The notes under the pieces: model-generated
The model's input: the letters and a program-made list of their open reading frames with translations, nothing else
The model's database searches: none
What the model was told of the DNA's origin: nothing
Assembly: GCA_965219455.1 (NCBI GenBank)
Contig: OZ244744.1
Location: forward strand, 5,568,001-5,632,000
DNA: 64,000 nt
Direction: 5' to 3'
Source: Candidatus Latescibacterota bacterium
GTDB lineage: Bacteria > Latescibacterota > UBA2968 > GCA-2709665
Part shown: positions 62,987-64,000 of the stretch, piece by piece
How the letters are laid out: every line of letters begins with the position of its first letter
Numbering within the stretch: the stretch's first letter is position 1
Made by a program: the position numbers and the translations under genes

Positions 62987-64000
62987 CTATGGATCGGGTG
63001 GGGTTGAATAGATCAACCTCAACATTGGATTGTGGAATACGACCCAGTTAACGTTCCAGTTTTGGATGTCGGTTACCGGCGTGGTCAGCGCGAGGCCGAG
63101 ATTACGCTTCGTCCCGGAGATCCAGCCCTGGACAAGGGTCTGGTCCAGGACGTAAGTCGCCACCTGCTCGTCGAACCGCCATGTGTTGACCTGGGAGAAC
63201 GTCGTGTCTCCCGTAGCCGCGTTGATGTTGATCCGTTCGACTGAAAACGTAAACTCACCAAACATCGATCGCGACCGATCATGGTTCAGCCGCAACTCCG
63301 AAGACGTAACCGTCGCCCCCGTTGGAATGCTATCGGGCAGATCGAAGCGAAACACGGGGCTTAGACGAACGGTTGTTGCGAGCACCAGCATCCCGGGATC
63401 GGGCCCGTCCCTCGCCGCCCAGTACGTATCTTCCGATACATCCGCGACATGCGTGTATGTGGTGCCGCCGAAGGAAGTTGTCAAAACCAATTTCGGCAGC
63501 TTGTTGACGTTTTCAGGCAGTGCGCCGTGCCGGGACACCAGACTCGAGAAAAACCGGGCGCCACCGGCAGGCTGCAACAGCACGTCGACCGTTGTGCTGT
63601 CAGGATTCTCCCGCACGGCCGACGATACGTACCCTGCCGGAAGATCGATCTGAATCAGGCTGTCGCCAAGGGACGTCGCGGTCGCCCCTTCGATTACGGA
63701 TGACGCAAAATCCACCGCGGTGTGTCTGAGTGTATCCACGAACTCATCCGCCTCATTCCACGCCTGTTCCGGACGGAGTACCTGCAGGTCTTCCGATCCA
63801 TTGGTGGACAAACGTTTCCAGATCCGTATTTGAGCGGAAAGATCGTCCATGTCGGCCCCTCCTGAGCCGCCTGCCGCCAACAAAAGGGAATCGACATCCA
63901 ACCGGAACCGCAATAGCGAGCGGAACACGAGACCGCTTACCCGACCGACCATCAGTTGTTCGTCTTCACCAAATCCCCGGCTGAAAGTACCCTCGAACCG
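62987..64000 (-). CDS. hypothetical exported protein, 5' end outside the window
   Basis: Open frame continuing to the window edge; beta-rich. Confidence 0.6.
   Translation of the reverse strand, partial: RFEGTFSRGFGEDEQLMVGRVSGLVFRSLLRFRLDVDSLLLAAGGSGGADMDDLSAQIRIWKRLSTNGSEDLQVLRPEQAWNEADEFVDTLRHTAVDFASSVIEGATATSLGDSLIQIDLPAGYVSSAVRENPDSTTVDVLLQPAGGARFFSSLVSRHGALPENVNKLPKLVLTTSFGGTTYTHVADVSEDTYWAARDGPDPGMLVLATTVRLSPVFRFDLPDSIPTGATVTSSELRLNHDRSRSMFGEFTFSVERININAATGDTTFSQVNTWRFDEQVATYVLDQTLVQGWISGTKRNLGLALTTPVTDIQNWNVNWVVFHNPMLRLIYSTPPDP

Overview
GC-rich bacterial window, probably Gram-negative (Mla/MCE system, outer-membrane barrel, HPr kinase). Positions ~23.5-64 kb are mostly housekeeping and catabolic genes: three tRNAs, MlaFED, sigma70, HU, an ABC exporter pair, sugar-acid enzymes, a sulfatase, PPK2, aspartate kinase, HprK and antiporters. 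That part also holds an IS1380 element and three MITE copies. Positions 1-23 kb form an accessory minus-strand signalling locus. It has four paralogous membrane Ser/Thr receptor kinases with a variable-length helical stalk and a C-terminal FGE-sulfatase (C-type lectin fold) domain, and two stand-alone FHA proteins. It also has an active and an inactive trypsin-TM-FHA protein, a MotA/TolQ-like channel with an Asp-bearing partner, and a decayed PP2C phosphatase. The first kinase of the locus (20214-22661) ends in a sequence with the hallmarks of a diversity-generating retroelement (DGR) variable repeat: AAC-derived codons, a pyrimidine-rich tract and a GC hairpin. No template repeat or reverse transcriptase is in the window, so it looks like a remote DGR target. 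Its three paralogs look like frozen variants. An ORF-less group II intron sits in the leader of one kinase, and its empty target site is visible elsewhere in the window.
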